This document shows positions 1-13,046 of a stretch of DNA of 64,000 nt, one piece after another. Where the stretch lies: the NCBI RefSeq assembly GCF_009914755.1, contig NC_060930.1; one strand, written 5' to 3'. Within the stretch, counting starts at the first letter, position 1; each line of letters opens with the position of its first letter. The stretch comes from the human T2T-CHM13v2.0 reference genome, Homo sapiens. Both the position numbers and the translations under genes were made by a program. The notes beneath the pieces are model-generated. The model saw only the letters and a list, made by a program, of their open reading frames with translations, did no database searches and was not told the origin of the DNA.

Positions 1-1052
1 CACAGAAGATCACACAAGGGCATGAATGGTTTCTCAAAGCCTTCCAACAACACGAGTCCCAAATGCTGACGAGCAAGAAATACTGTGCATTTTTCATAAA
101 GCTAAACTAGGTCCACTCAAAGGATGGCCCTGTTTTCAGAGATGGTGCCTTTCCCATATTAAAGAGTATAACTGTGTCAGTGGTAGATGGCGAGTTTCTC
201 TTTATTTATGTCCATGCTTGGAAAGACCAGAATGTTGGCACACCTCTGTTGGCTGCCTGCCATTCCCCTCCCATTTTGCAGAAACTTTACTTGTCCATGA
301 AATTGAAAAGTCAGAGAACTACTGCCCTAAAATCCCAAGGTCAAAATCAACAGAACTGTCTTTTGACATACACCACACTTCTGACTGCAAGGTTGATCAT
401 TAAAATGAAATCCCACTTTGACAAACTGGGTCGGGCACCCAGATTTGGGGCACGTAAAGCTTTAGATCTAGGCTCCTAGCAAAATAGGCTGATACAGAAA
501 GGAATTGTCCCTTGATGTCTATTCACCACTCTGCTTGGAGAAACCATGCACCACTTCCACTTGCTGCTCAGCGATCTTCTCGGAAGGGCAAAGGGCCAGC
601 CTCCCAGGCCTGCTCACAGACACATACTGCTTAGAGAACTCGGTGTCGCCCCAGCCCTGCACGGAGAGAGAAAGGGCCTGGACTCCAGCACCTGGCTTTG
701 ATCAGTGAGCTGGAAAACTGGGTAAATCACTTCATCTTTCGGACCTGAATTTCCTCATCAGTAGTGTAAGAGCTTTGGAGTAGATGATCACTTTGAGAAC
801 CCTACCAAGTTGAACACTATCATTTAAATGTGAACATAGTTTAGAGGAAAACACCCTAAGAGACTTTTAACAAGAAGGAGATGTGCCTCTCAGCTTGGTT
901 TACACGATGACCACACTCTGCCTGAATACAGGGGAGGAAGGGCCCGTTGAGAAAAATCTCCTTTGCCTTGATGGGCTTGAGGGCCCACGTTTATTGTAGA
1001 TTTGTTTGTGTGGCTCTTTACAAAAGAGGCTCATTTTCTAAACCTTTTCTTA

Positions 1053-1451
<399 letters not shown>

Positions 1452-1574
1452 TCATGCATGAAAACAGAAGGGGGAAATTCATATGGTTTTCTGTTTCTCT
1501 GTCGGGGCACATATGTGCATCGGTGCAGAACCTCGATAACTTAGAATCTTGTTGTTAAAAAGCTTCAGGCCTCA

Positions 1575-1710
1575 GACCATCTCCATCAAAGCCATCTGCA
1601 TCAGAAGCAGTTTGCTGGAAGTACACATTTCTAGGTTCTACCTCTAACCTGCAGAGACAGAATCACTGGGGTTCGGGCCTGGGAATCTGCACAACTCATG
1701 CTCTAATGAC
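1575..1710. mobile_element. MER5-like hAT-Charlie fragment
   Basis: GCATCAGAA...CAGAATCACTGGGGTTCGGGCCTGGGAATCTGCA resembles remembered MER5A. Confidence 0.45.
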
Positions 1711-2913
1711 AAGGTAAATGAGTCCATACATACAATTTGTAATTTGTGTATTTGTAAGGGGAGACCAGAGAGCAATGCCCATAACCTACATAGGAAAGAG
1801 GCCCACATGCCAGCTCTGTGCAGTGATGGTATAAAGGCATCATCAGGGAAAAAAGGTATCAGGATCTTGATTCCAAAAACTGAGCAAACTTACAAGAGCT
1901 TCTCTGCTAAAGGTGATGGCAAGTCTTTTGGACTGAAATTTGTCTAAAGGAGGCAAATTTAGCTTATCCATCATACTAGAGTCTGTTAAGAGTCTTGTGG
2001 ACTAAAATCCTAACACATTCCCAAGTGTAGGTAGGGTTAAAGTTCTTATTCAGCTGCAGAGGACATCCTGCAAAGCTCTGGGTAATTCTCTCCTTTGAGA
2101 AACAGAGAAAAACAGAACCCATGAGAGCCAGCCCGCATTTATGGAGTTTGAGGAAAAGGTCATCAGAATCCTATAGAATATATCTGATTCTAGGGAATGA
2201 CTTGTTTGGGTTTAAAACATATGGTGAATCAGAAATAATTTTTTACTGGTTAATGAGACCTGGCCATAAAAATGCTTTTCTCACCAAGGGGAAGCTAAGC
2301 TTCGCTCCTTCATAAGATCCAGTAGTTATGAGACTCCCTTCCTTGCATATGCCTTTGGAGGAGAGAAACCAATGAAAGCAAAGGCCTTGCTCAGAGAAAG
2401 GACAGAACAAGTAGGGGGACCCTGGAGAACTGGACCACAGACAGGAACAGGACAGGGGGCACCACAGCAGGTTCGAACCCAGCCAAGACCAAGGTGGATC
2501 CTTGTAGGGCTTTATCCTGCTTATTCTGGAGATGCTTTGAGATCAGATTGACAACCAAATTGTTGATCCAGAAGCAATCAAGACCATGTCCATTGCTGCG
2601 GAGAACATCCACCCCACAAGCACATCCTGCCTTAGGACCAGAGGCAGGAAAATACGAGCAGGGGTGATTGGGGCCATTACTTCTCCCTTGGTCCACTACA
2701 CCTAGAGAATAGCTTCATTGTGTGTGTGTGAACCCTCCTTAAAAAATATTTTGTCATGTTCTTCATTGCCAAGAGAGGGTCAGCTCCAGACTCACTAATA
2801 ACTGGCTCTGTGAGATCTCGCCCACCGGAGAAAGGCCTGCTACCACACAACACAGCCACACGGCGCACCCACAGCTGCAACGTGAAGGGACCCCTGGCAC
2901 CCAGTGCACTGAC

Positions 2914-2989
2914 CTTCTCCTGGTAGAGCTTGTGCAGCCAGGCCGAGCACTCGTCATCGTCTTCAGGGATGTCTTCCAGTGGGATCCTC
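2914..2989 (-). CDS. AGPAT4: AGPAT4 coding exon 7, 76 bp
   Basis: ttgcag|G AGG ATC CCA...CAG GAG AAG|gtcagt; RIPLEDIPEDDDECSAWLHKLYQEK (read by hand; not in the ORF track). Confidence 0.96.
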
Positions 2990-5576
2990 CTGCAAAGGCA
3001 GAGAGCAGCTAGCAGAGAGGAGGTGATGCCCCCCTACAACATACAGTTTCCAGTAACGGTGCTGCCGTTTTTTGTTTTTATCTGGGTCACCTAAATAATG
3101 TGGAACTGAAGAGAGTAATGCAAGTGATAGAAAGAAGGGGCGTTCCACATCCACACTGGAGAAACAGGCAAAAATGCAATTATGACCCACGAAGGAACAA
3201 CCCAGGGGCCAATTCAATGGCACAGACAGATGCTGTGAGAACAGGGGACACCTGCCTCATTCCGTCTTCCCTCCCACCTCACAAAAAGGCCCCCAAAACC
3301 TGATATTTGCCTCTTCCAAAGAGGACAACACTGCCTCAGTTTCCACACGAGACAATCCAATATACACAGAATCGATGCATCAGAGACAATAACCTAGTAA
3401 TTTCTTCTTAGCCAAGTAACCAACTTACTGGTAATGGCAGATTATCTCCCATCAAATGATTCCTCTGGCCTCTTGGTTAGCCTTGAGGCAGACTTTCTGC
3501 AAAGGTTTTGACAAGTCAGTGATGTGGATGGTGGGGAATTAAAGTTCTCCCAGATGGAAGTAGCCAGGGCATCTTCCCCAGGCTCCATGGCTCAGACAGG
3601 GGTCTTGAGTCACTGTGCACCAGCGAGAGCTCAGAGACTTGGGTGGCTCTGGGGACTGGTGCTGGCAAGGGCTTGCCACTCGATCATTTGCAAAGAGCCC
3701 ATACTGAACACGGGGAGAAGTCACTCTGCCACCTTTGCCCTTCCTATTTGTTCTCAGGTTGATGGCTCTTGTGATTTCAAGGGACGTTCATTTATACTCA
3801 ATTTTGTCCATGTCAAAGTCTGCATCTGGCTTGATTTCTCAGGTCACTTCACTCCCTTCTATGGCCTAAGAATATCTTAGTAAGAAGATTTGAGAGTTTA
3901 TCTATCACACTAGAGTCTGTTAAGAGATAAAGGATGGGATTCCATCTTATAACAGATTACAATGAGCCACTTCCTTTTCAAGGCAGTATTGTACAGAGGT
4001 AAGTTTTTCACATAATTAGAACTTACCCCATAAGCTCCTCCGGAAATATTCTTTCACCTTTTCTGTTCCTACGCACACTGCACTTCTCTGGATCCTCTAC
4101 TTCTTTGCTGTTTGATCTACTCTGCTTTGGAAATGAGATCTCTCAAGTCTGCCTAATATTTCTTTATTTGGAGAGTAGGAATGTAGTGAGTTTTGCCCTT
4201 TTCAGCAACTTGACATTATCGCCCTTGATGTTTCAGTGCTTTGTACTGATGTGTGTTCAGAAACATGCCTCAATCATTTTTAATGGGCAGCTACAACAAA
4301 AAGATGTGTGTTGAATAGCATCAATGCTAACCTTCCTCTGGGGTCAAGAGGGTGATCTGGCTTCGGTGAGTGAACGTGCCAGTACCATTTTTGGGCTGAT
4401 TGTCACACATGCTTTGGAGAGTTGCAGCTACCTGAGAGGTGAAATAATCTTGTACACATCTTGGGGTTTTCCCAAATAACTGAGCCCAGCTGGCCATTGA
4501 GTGGAGCTCCTGCCAGCTGTCAGAGAACATGGGGAATAAAACCTCACTTTACTCCTAGGAGAAGGTCTAAAGGTCTCCTTCGGGCAGGTGGGTGATTCTC
4601 CTGCCTTCATATGCCACAGAACTGAGTCACAGGGCAGACTCTTGCCTGCACCATCAGACAAGAAGTCAGTGATGATGACGATGCTGTCCTATTTTCATGG
4701 GAAAGCCAGAGTCATTTTTAGATCAGAAGCTACTTAACTTTGGCCGCCAGTCCACCAAAATATCTCCCAGGAAAGCCTGGACGTTTGGTGTGGCCTGGTG
4801 GGAATGTAGGGCCCCTGGATTTTCAGGGTGCTGTGTTGTAATGTGGCTTCTGTAAGGTCTTGAATCAGAAGGTTATACGCCCCTGGATTAGTTCTCCATT
4901 AGTGGGCATTTCAGATTCTCTTGATTAGCATTCAGAGAAGATGATCCACAGCACAACAAACCAATACGGTCCCTGACCCGTCACACTGGGTTTTAATGCA
5001 TGAACTGCCATTGTGTTTACTATCTGCAGCACCTTCCAATTCTGTTTCCCACTGATTTTGGTGACATTCTGGAGGTGTTCAGCCCATTCTATAAGCAGGC
5101 AGAGAGAACTAGTTTGACTAATATGTTCTGGAAGTGTCTTCAATAAAATCATTAATAGCCTGGAACATAACACATAAGTGAGACACTGCAAGAGTTCTGC
5201 ATTTGTGTCTAGACCGCCTTATATAAATACACATCTGTGTGTATTCCATACAGCAGACCCATCGCCCACGAAAAGGGTCAATAACATATTCTCTTCACAC
5301 CAACACCAAAATAATTATAAAATACAGCCTTCCATTTGTTCAACCTAAGCTCTTTGATACGAAAAAGCTGGTTACAGAGGATCCGGAAGGAGCTGGGACG
5401 GAAGGAGACTTCAGCAGATCATTCCAATAGTAGGATGTGTCAAATTCAATGCAAAACAGACTGCAAAGAAGTCAGTGTGACCCAGGGATCCCTGGAAGAA
5501 AGTCTCTAGGTCATTTGTGATGTGTTTACTTTGAAATGGGCACTGTCTTTTCTGGAAAGGTAACAGTTCGACTTAC

Positions 5577-5679
5577 CTAACATACAAATCTGCATGGTAT
5601 TTCTTTCCGTTTAGGACTCCCAGCAGTGTTGGATTTTCATTATTTCTGAAATTGAGTGTACAGTCATATACAGCTGAAA
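5577..5679 (-). CDS. AGPAT4: AGPAT4 coding exon 6, 103 bp
   Basis: ttatag|TT TCA GCT...GTT AG|gtaagt; (V)SAVYDCTLNFRNNENPTLLGVLNGKKYHADLYV(R); phase consistent with neighbouring exons. Confidence 0.96.
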
Positions 5680-5911
5680 CTATAAAAAATAAAACAAATA
5701 CAAAGCAGTATATAGCGTGTGAACCCAATTTTGTTCTGTAGATACACACATTGGAAGACAATAATCAAATGGCTAACTGCTTATCTAGAAATGGTGTGGT
5801 CAGATTTCTTTCTTTCTATATGGTCCACATGTTCTACACTGAATGTGTATTATCTTTTGTAATCATAAAATCCCACTAGAACTTAGTAATAGAAAACAGG
5901 GTCATTGCTGA

Positions 5912-6439
<528 letters not shown>

Positions 6440-7549
6440 TAGAAAAAGAAGGTAGCTACAAATTATCCTAGGAGAAGATACTGATGAGAAACTCCTTAAG
6501 GAATTGGATTGTAGTCAGTTGAAGCTTCTTGGATCAAAGGATGAAAGAATATAGGAAGGAACGAGTGAAGGAACAGAAGAGATAAATGCACAGTGGAAAA
6601 TGGCTACTTGCTGAAGTGTAAGAGCACCAGACGGTAGGAGGAACGGGTGGGAACCCCAGCGGCTGCCACCTTTTCCCACCGGTGGGATCTTCTCTTGGGC
6701 AGCGGGGGCTAGGTCTTCTCCTGGAGAAGGGAGCCTCTGTCACACAGCTGCTGAGATGATGGAGGTCAGGCACTTACTGCAGGGACCAGCACATGGTTTG
6801 TGTTCAATAAATGATGAGCCAGACACTTCACTGGGAGCTTTACATATGTGCAAGTATTAATAAAAGGAGTGGGAGAATGGCAGGAAGGAGGAAAGGCCCT
6901 TGGTCTGGTTGGGAATACGTGGAACCAAGATTCAAAAACAATAAATCACCATCTGTTTTCTTCTACCTGCTGCCTGACCACCATGCGGGGTCTGCAGGTC
7001 CACTATCTGCTGCCCTGCAGGAGAGCCTGGAAGTGGGGCCCGGAGTGCCCGAGACCACTCACCCCCGCCTTGGGGCTGAAGGCGGGACTGTTCTCCTGAG
7101 CCCTCCTGAGGAGTAGCTGCCTGGTCAGGGTGGCTGGGAGAGAACCTGGATGCTTATCACATTTCCCAGGCATTTTAAAGCATAAATGCGTATCTACAGG
7201 AACAGCTGTTCAGGCTGTGTGGACCATGACTGTAGTGTCCTAGGGCTTCCCAGTAAGAAGGGGCCACAGAGCTCACGTAGTTCAGCGGTTTTGACACCTC
7301 CTTTCCTCCAACCTGTTCACACAGGGACCCATGCAGACAACAGAAGAGGCTGACTCTGGTTAAGCAAAGGTGGGGAGAACCCACGGGTTCCCCAAAGAGC
7401 CACCTAAATATCAGTGACTTGTCCAACTGTCTCATTTTCCAGAGGAAAACCTCAAAAAAAGTGTCTTGAATGGAGAGCCAGCCTGATTCTAACTGCAAGG
7501 CACATCAGAAGGAGTGAGAGCAGCCGCTGCCAGCCCCCGCCAGCCAGGA

Positions 7550-7700
7550 GCAAATCCCAGCTCGCCATGTACTGGCTGAGTCACACTGCGCCAGCTCCTT
7601 AACTTCTCTGAGCCCCAATGTCCTTATCTGTGAACCGAAAGCAAAAAGAAAAAGCAATCTGCCTTCCTGAGTCCTGTGAGGACATCCCATGTGCACAGTG
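7550..7700 (+). mobile_element. MIR fragment
   Basis: AAATCCCAGCTCGCCA...CTTAACTTCTCTGAGCCCCAATGTCCTTATCTGTGAA MIR core. Confidence 0.55.
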
Positions 7701-7969
7701 CGTACAGGGCCTGGCGTGCCAGACGCGCCCGAGACCGGTGTTGGCTGTTCTTGGAGACAGCCTTGTTAACTCTCCGTGATGAACAGCATAGAGCTGGACG
7801 GCCTTGCGAGGCAAGACTGAGGCAAAGCTCAGTTAGGGAGCCGCGCTGGCCCAACCCAGAGGGGATGGATCAGGAGGGGGACACGTAGCCCTGCAAGCTG
7901 GGCAACCCCACCAGGGGCAGAAGGTGAGATGTGCAGTGGGAGGCAGGGGGCCCCTAACAAGAGCAGCCT

Positions 7970-8150
7970 TTGATTAAATGTTTATCATGTACCAGGTGGG
8001 ATGCTGAGCCCTTTACCCAGCTTTTCTCATTTAATCCTCCTTGCAGCCCTAACAGATTTTGCAGAACTCGGAGCAAACTTAGGATCAGAGAGACAAGGTC
8101 ACTTGCCCAGAGTCACACAGCTGGTCAGCAGAGGAAACAGGATTCAGTGA
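7970..8150 (-). mobile_element. MIR fragment
   Basis: CTCATTTAATCCTC...CACTTGCCCAGAGTCACACAGCTGG reverse MIR core. Confidence 0.6.
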
Positions 8151-9735
8151 GGTCTCCTGATCAGGGAGTGCACAGGGTCTTGACGCTGCTGGACAGTGCA
8201 GAGCGCAGCAGCCTGGGAGGTGGAGCGGGGGACGAGCAATGGGGGCATCCTTGGCCCTGGGGCCCAGGGTCGGTGTAGAGGCAGGGACTGCAGGGAGCAG
8301 GATAATTCTGGCCCTTGGGCTGAGCCCAGAGCAAGAGAGACATTTAGGCAGCTAGTGCCCCTCTGTGCCGCTGACCTTCTAAGAGGCTGGGCAGAGGGGA
8401 AGGACCTCGGAGGTGGCTGGCCCGGTGGGCCCTCGGTTCTGCAGGCCCAAGTGAGCTGCTGAGACTCCAGAGCCTGCTTTTCTCTCTCCTCTCCGGGAGT
8501 AAGAGCTGCCTGCCAGGATGTTGTGGGGATTGAAGGTGACACTGTGTGGAGTACATGGCATTGTGCCAATAGAGGTCATCAAGGAACACTGGTGACCAGG
8601 AGAAGAGGGATGAGGAAGCAAGGGAAGAATGTGGGGAAGAAGAAACTGGTTAACAGGGCTAAGGGCAGGGCAGGCACACAGAGGGGCGAGGGGGCCAGGG
8701 GCACAGCCCGCCTGGCCTGGGTCCCGGCAGCCCCAGAAGGGAGCGGGGCTGGCGCTGGCCCGGGTGTGCAGCAGGGTGTTAAACAGGCAGCAGAGGCCAG
8801 CAGGGAGGGCTACCCAGGGCCTTCAACCACCGCTGCAGCCGGTGGGTCACCTGGGGACTTTCAGAGGTACAGATTCACCAACTCTGTTGCTCCAGAGGTC
8901 CTGGTAGGGGGTCAGCCAGGGCTGGAGAAACCAAGGGGCCCCAGATGCAGGCCTGGGGAGGAGTTCGGGGCCCCCTGCCCTTTGCCTCAGAAGGAGGAGA
9001 GGAGACAAGAGGATAAGGCCGAGGAAGGCGGCAGCATGGGGCCGGGAGCCGCATTCAGCTGGGTTCTAGCTCCCTCCAGGAAGGAGACAGCTTCGCCTGA
9101 AGTGCTTTGCCTGAGAAGGAGCACAGGAAGCCGCCCCCAGGGCCTGGAGCCCACGGAAAGGGCCAAGGGACTGTGAGGGCGTGGGGAGGCCAGATGTGCA
9201 GAAGGACACAGAGGGTGTTTCTGAACTGGAGACAGAAGGGTCAAAAAGAAGACAAAAGCATGACAAGAGGCCAGAGGCAAGTTGTTGCTATTTTCTTCTT
9301 CTTACCGATGGCCATTTAGGGTTCCAGACTCCGAGGTCAGCTGTGACAGACCACAAGGTCAGAGTTCAGCTGATGCCAACAGGTGGGCAAGAAATGCCCC
9401 TCAAACCCAACTGTGCTGTCTTGGGCCTGCAGGCCTGGACCCAGGTTACCCCATGGGCCATCCAGGCACCCAGCACATTTGCACAGCAGAGGGCAGCGCT
9501 GGCCTGGGCACCCCAGGAAAAGCAGGCACAGGCCCACCCTGAGTGCCAGCCAGGGGTGCAAATGCCATTTGACCTTGGTTCCCAGTCACAGAGACTGGAC
9601 TTGAGCAGCCACTCTGAGCTCCTAGCCTCAAGTCAGCTGGGAAGTGCTGGCAGGAAGCAAGCTCTGCCCATCCGGAGCTGGGGCTTGTCTTCCTCGCTGC
9701 CACGGGGAGGCCCAGGGCCACGCACTCTTCCTTAC

Positions 9736-9889
9736 CTACATTTCTCAAGCTCCTCACGGTGATGGCGAAGCCCTTGGTTCGTGGCAACAGGTGATGCTTG
9801 AGGCGAGGCAGCCCCTTGGCCCGGGCCACCTGCATGCTGATCTCATGCTTCTTCTCCGTGAACCGTGTGCCCTCACAGTGAATCAGGAA
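9736..9889 (-). CDS. AGPAT4: AGPAT4 coding exon 5, 154 bp, EGTR and LPRTKG motifs
   Basis: ttccag|TTC CTG ATT...AAT GTA G|gtaag; FLIHCEGTRFTEKKHEISMQVARAKGLPRLKHHLLPRTKGFAITVRSLRNV. Confidence 0.97.
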
Positions 9890-9906
9890 CTGGAAGGAAG
9901 GAGGCA

Positions 9907-10500
9907 GGAGTCGCACGCAGCCTCGGGGTCACACACAGCCCTGGGGTCATGCATGGCCCTGGGGTCACACACAGCCCCAGGGTCACATATGGCCACACGA
10001 TCACACAGGGCCCCATGGTTACATACAGCCCTGAGGTCACACACAGCCCTGGGGTCACATACAGCCCTGGGGTCACACACAGCCCTGGTGTCATGCCTGG
10101 CCCTGGGGTCACACACAGCCCCAGGGTCACATATGGCCACACGATCACACAGGGCCCCATGGTTACATACAGCCCTGAGGTCACACATAGCCCTGGGGTC
10201 ACACACAGCCCTGGGGTCACACATAGCCCTGGGGTCACACACAGCCCCAGGGTCACATATGGCCACATGATCACACACGGCCCCATGGTCACACACAGCC
10301 CTGGGGTCACACACAGCCCTGGGGTCACACACGGCCCCATGGTCATACACGGCCCCACAGTCATACGTGGCCCCACGGTCACACACGGCCCCATGGTCAC
10401 ATACATCCCTGAGGTTATACACAGCCCTATGGTCACACACAGCCCTGGAGTCGCACAGGACCACACAGTCACGTGTCCTGTGGAAGTCACATGGGGGTCC
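9907..10500. repeat. 18-bp VNTR (GGGGTCACACACAGCCCT), ~33 units with higher-order structure, filling intron 4
   Basis: Directly visible; variant unit GGTCACATATGGCCAC recurs at 144- and 126-bp spacing. Confidence 0.95.
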
Positions 10501-10556
10501 CACGGTCACAGTCCTGCAGGAGCCCTTGGGACACAGCTGCTCTGGTGCCTACATAC

Positions 10557-10718
10557 AAAATACTTCTCGGGGTAGTCCCGGAGGTGCTGCAAACTGGTGG
10601 CAACCGTCTTGCGATCCTGCTCCCACTTGCGCGAACAGAAGACCATCTCGGTGAAGTACCACATCCAGCCGATAATTGGGACATAGGCCAGCTCTTTCTT
10701 GGCCAGGACCTTGGAGCC
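10557..10718 (-). CDS. AGPAT4: AGPAT4 coding exon 4, 162 bp, phase 0/0
   Basis: tttcag|GGC TCC AAG...AAG TAT TTT|gtatgt; GSKVLAKKELAYVPIIGWMWYFTEMVFCSRKWEQDRKTVATSLQHLRDYPEKYF; in frame with exon 3. Confidence 0.97.
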
Positions 10719-11147
10719 CTGAAACAGAAGAAGGAGCCCAGGTGCCCATGAAGGAGACGTCAGAGCCACCTGCCGGGGCTGTTGGAGACTGAAGTAGAAA
10801 AAGAGGAGGGGACGTTCACACCAGACGCCTCGGGACAGTCCCAGAACACATGCTGTCGAGGCCATGGACCCTGGTGCCCTCCCCACCTTTCAGCTAGAGG
10901 TCCAGGTTGTGCTTGCCCCGCCAGTGTGGGAGCAGGGGGCAGGGGCACCCTGGTTCTCAGCGCAGACGGCAGGAGTCAAGAAGGCAGCAGCGAGCAGTCA
11001 CAGGTATTCAGGGTCCTGACGATGCTCCCACCACCATCCAAACGGTTTCTAGGTTATCACCGTCACATACTCGCTAAGCCCACCGTGCAGCTGTGTGACA
11101 CTAATTTGTGCACCTCTTTTCTGCAGATCTCACTGAGTTTTGTGATA

Positions 11148-11280
11148 TTACAAAATATAGTAATTCTTGATCGCTGAAAATGTCAAACGCTAGAAAATGT
11201 AGCATTCCTAGGTGTGAGGTTAACATCCTTCTTGAACAGTGGTTGGCCAAAGATTCATTTGAATCCGATTTTTCCGAGAC
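11148..11280 (+). mobile_element. Internal MER75 (piggyBac family) fragment containing a PGBD4-like start
   Basis: TTACAAAATATAGTAATTCTTGATCGCTGAAAATGTCAAAC...GAATCCGATTTTTCCGA matches remembered MER75 interior; translation MSNARKCSIPRCEVNILLEQWLAKDSFESDFSE resembles the PGBD4 N-terminus. Confidence 0.8.
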
Positions 11281-12637
11281 AGCTCAACTCACTCTGCTGA
11301 GCTCTGCAGTTGAGGCAAACAGGAGTCTCCGCTCACAGAGCAGGCTGCGGAGCCCAGTGGGATCTCCGGGTACAGCTGGTCCAAGCTGGGAGTAAAACCC
11401 AGACCAGGAGATGTGCTCGGTGCCCTCCACACCCGCTGCCAGCATGTCCTTGAGGCTGAGACGGGGCAGAAGCACCTGCCAGAGACCTTCTTGAGGCTGA
11501 CGCAGGTGCACGAGCTAGGCCCCACAGGTCCCCTCTGGGGAGTCTCAGGGCAGTCCTGGGTCCCCAGGGCTCGGTGTGGCCCTCCCCAGCCAGGCGTCCA
11601 CTACATCAGTCCCCCTACACTGAGGAAGACCAGGGCTTCAGTGGGATGGACGGGGCAGTGGAGACACAAAAACTGCTTTTTATCTGATGGATGTTTATCT
11701 TTTCACCTTAATTTTGGAACTGGCCAAGATGCTCCTTGATCAGTGGGTCGATGACTGATCAATGGGATATCAGCGGTCAGGGCAGCCCTAAACCTAGGAT
11801 GCCCACAGCGCAGAGAGCTCCGGCTTCAACACAGCCCTCTCTCCTCTCCTCCCCGTTACACCCATGCCTCTCCGCAGCTCCAGCTCAGCACAGGGTCAGT
11901 AAGCCGTGTCCCCCAACCTACTGGCAGAACAGAAAAAGGTCTAAACAGCCAATTGCTACCCTACTTTAAAAAAACAAGAAACTTCTTCCCTCACATGGGA
12001 TAGAAAAGGCAGATACCTTCTAGGTTTAGCATCTCCATTTTCTGATGGAGTTTGTTTTTCACACAAATCCAACATGCAGATTCTCTCCAAGAAAACTTAG
12101 CCATGAAATCGGAGGCCCTATCTCCAGGGGACTCCGGGAACATCCCCGTGGGTGGGTGAACCCACTGGTGTGGGTGTGAGGGCTTACCGTGTGCTGTGCC
12201 CATGGTATTTTTTAAAATTATATTTACCTGAACTCATTCCAAACATGCAGTCATTTGAAGGAGCTATAAATGATGATTGGTTCTGCAGCCAGGAGGGGGC
12301 CACAGACTAAAGCAGCAGCTGTTGGCCCTGGGAAGGTGAGAGGTCCCATGCAGCCAATCATGGCTTCTGCTGGGGAAAAGCACTCTCAGGGATATTTCCC
12401 GTTCACAATTCTATCTTGCAAGATCCTAGTGGGTCCTAGTGGTTGGCCTCTGATGACCTGCTGCTAAATGGAAACGACAACTTTGACAGTGATGCGGCTT
12501 ATCTAGACCCGTAGATGGTCACCTGGGATGGGAGTCTCTATCTCCATCCCTCTTAGATCACCAAAAATGTTTAGATATCCCACGGTAGACATGTCACGTG
12601 GGTTATGGTGTGTACCAGATCTTGTATAACACTAGAG

Positions 12638-12840
12638 AGGAGTCAGCAAGCTACTGCCCTCGGGACAAGCCTGCTCCTCTGCCTGCTTTTGTAAGTGACG
12701 TCCTGTGGCCACACAGCCTCTTGTCCATGTGCCTATTGTCTGCAGCTGCCTTCACGCTACACACAGGAGTGTTTTTTGACAGACACGCTGTGGTCCACAA
12801 AACCTAAAATATTCATTCTCTGGCCCATTCCAGATGACAT
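12638..12840 (+). mobile_element. MER58A-like hAT-Charlie element
   Basis: GGAGTCAGCAAGCTAC...CACAAAACCTAAAATATTCATTCTCTGGCCC follows remembered MER58A. Confidence 0.7.
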
Positions 12841-12895
12841 TTAGAGCCACTAAATTTAGAGCCACTAATTAGAGCCTAATTTAGAGCCACTAAAA
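12840..12895. repeat. Short tandem repeat TTAGAGCCACTAA(A) x ~4
   Basis: Directly visible. Confidence 0.85.
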
Positions 12896-13046
12896 CTTGT
12901 TTTCTATGACTGTGTAATGGCTAGGCAATGGTTTACTGTATAATACTAAATTTTTAAAAGATCTGGAACAAAGGTGAGTCTATAGCATTATTATGACTTT
13001 ATGAAAAAAGTAAAGCAGAGAAAAACAACAGTAGTTGTTGCTGGGC

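Noticed and set aside
7909-7920. CCACCAGGGGCAG as a CTCF site
   Set aside because: One G short of the core spacing
8523-9762. 217-aa and 193-aa plus-strand ORFs
   Set aside because: GTG starts in GC-rich intron DNA, no recognisable domain; expected by chance at this GC content
9907-10500. CRISPR-like appearance of regular repeats (also 35430-35519 and 38551-38956)
   Set aside because: Units are contiguous with no unique spacers, no cas genes, and a primate intron context
9644-10575. Four 205-236 aa mucin-like or Cys-rich ORFs (GVTHSP, GSHTAL, CDPRAV, CVTPGL repeats)
   Set aside because: Open frames follow automatically from an 18-bp unit lacking stops in those frames; none is in frame with AGPAT4 exons
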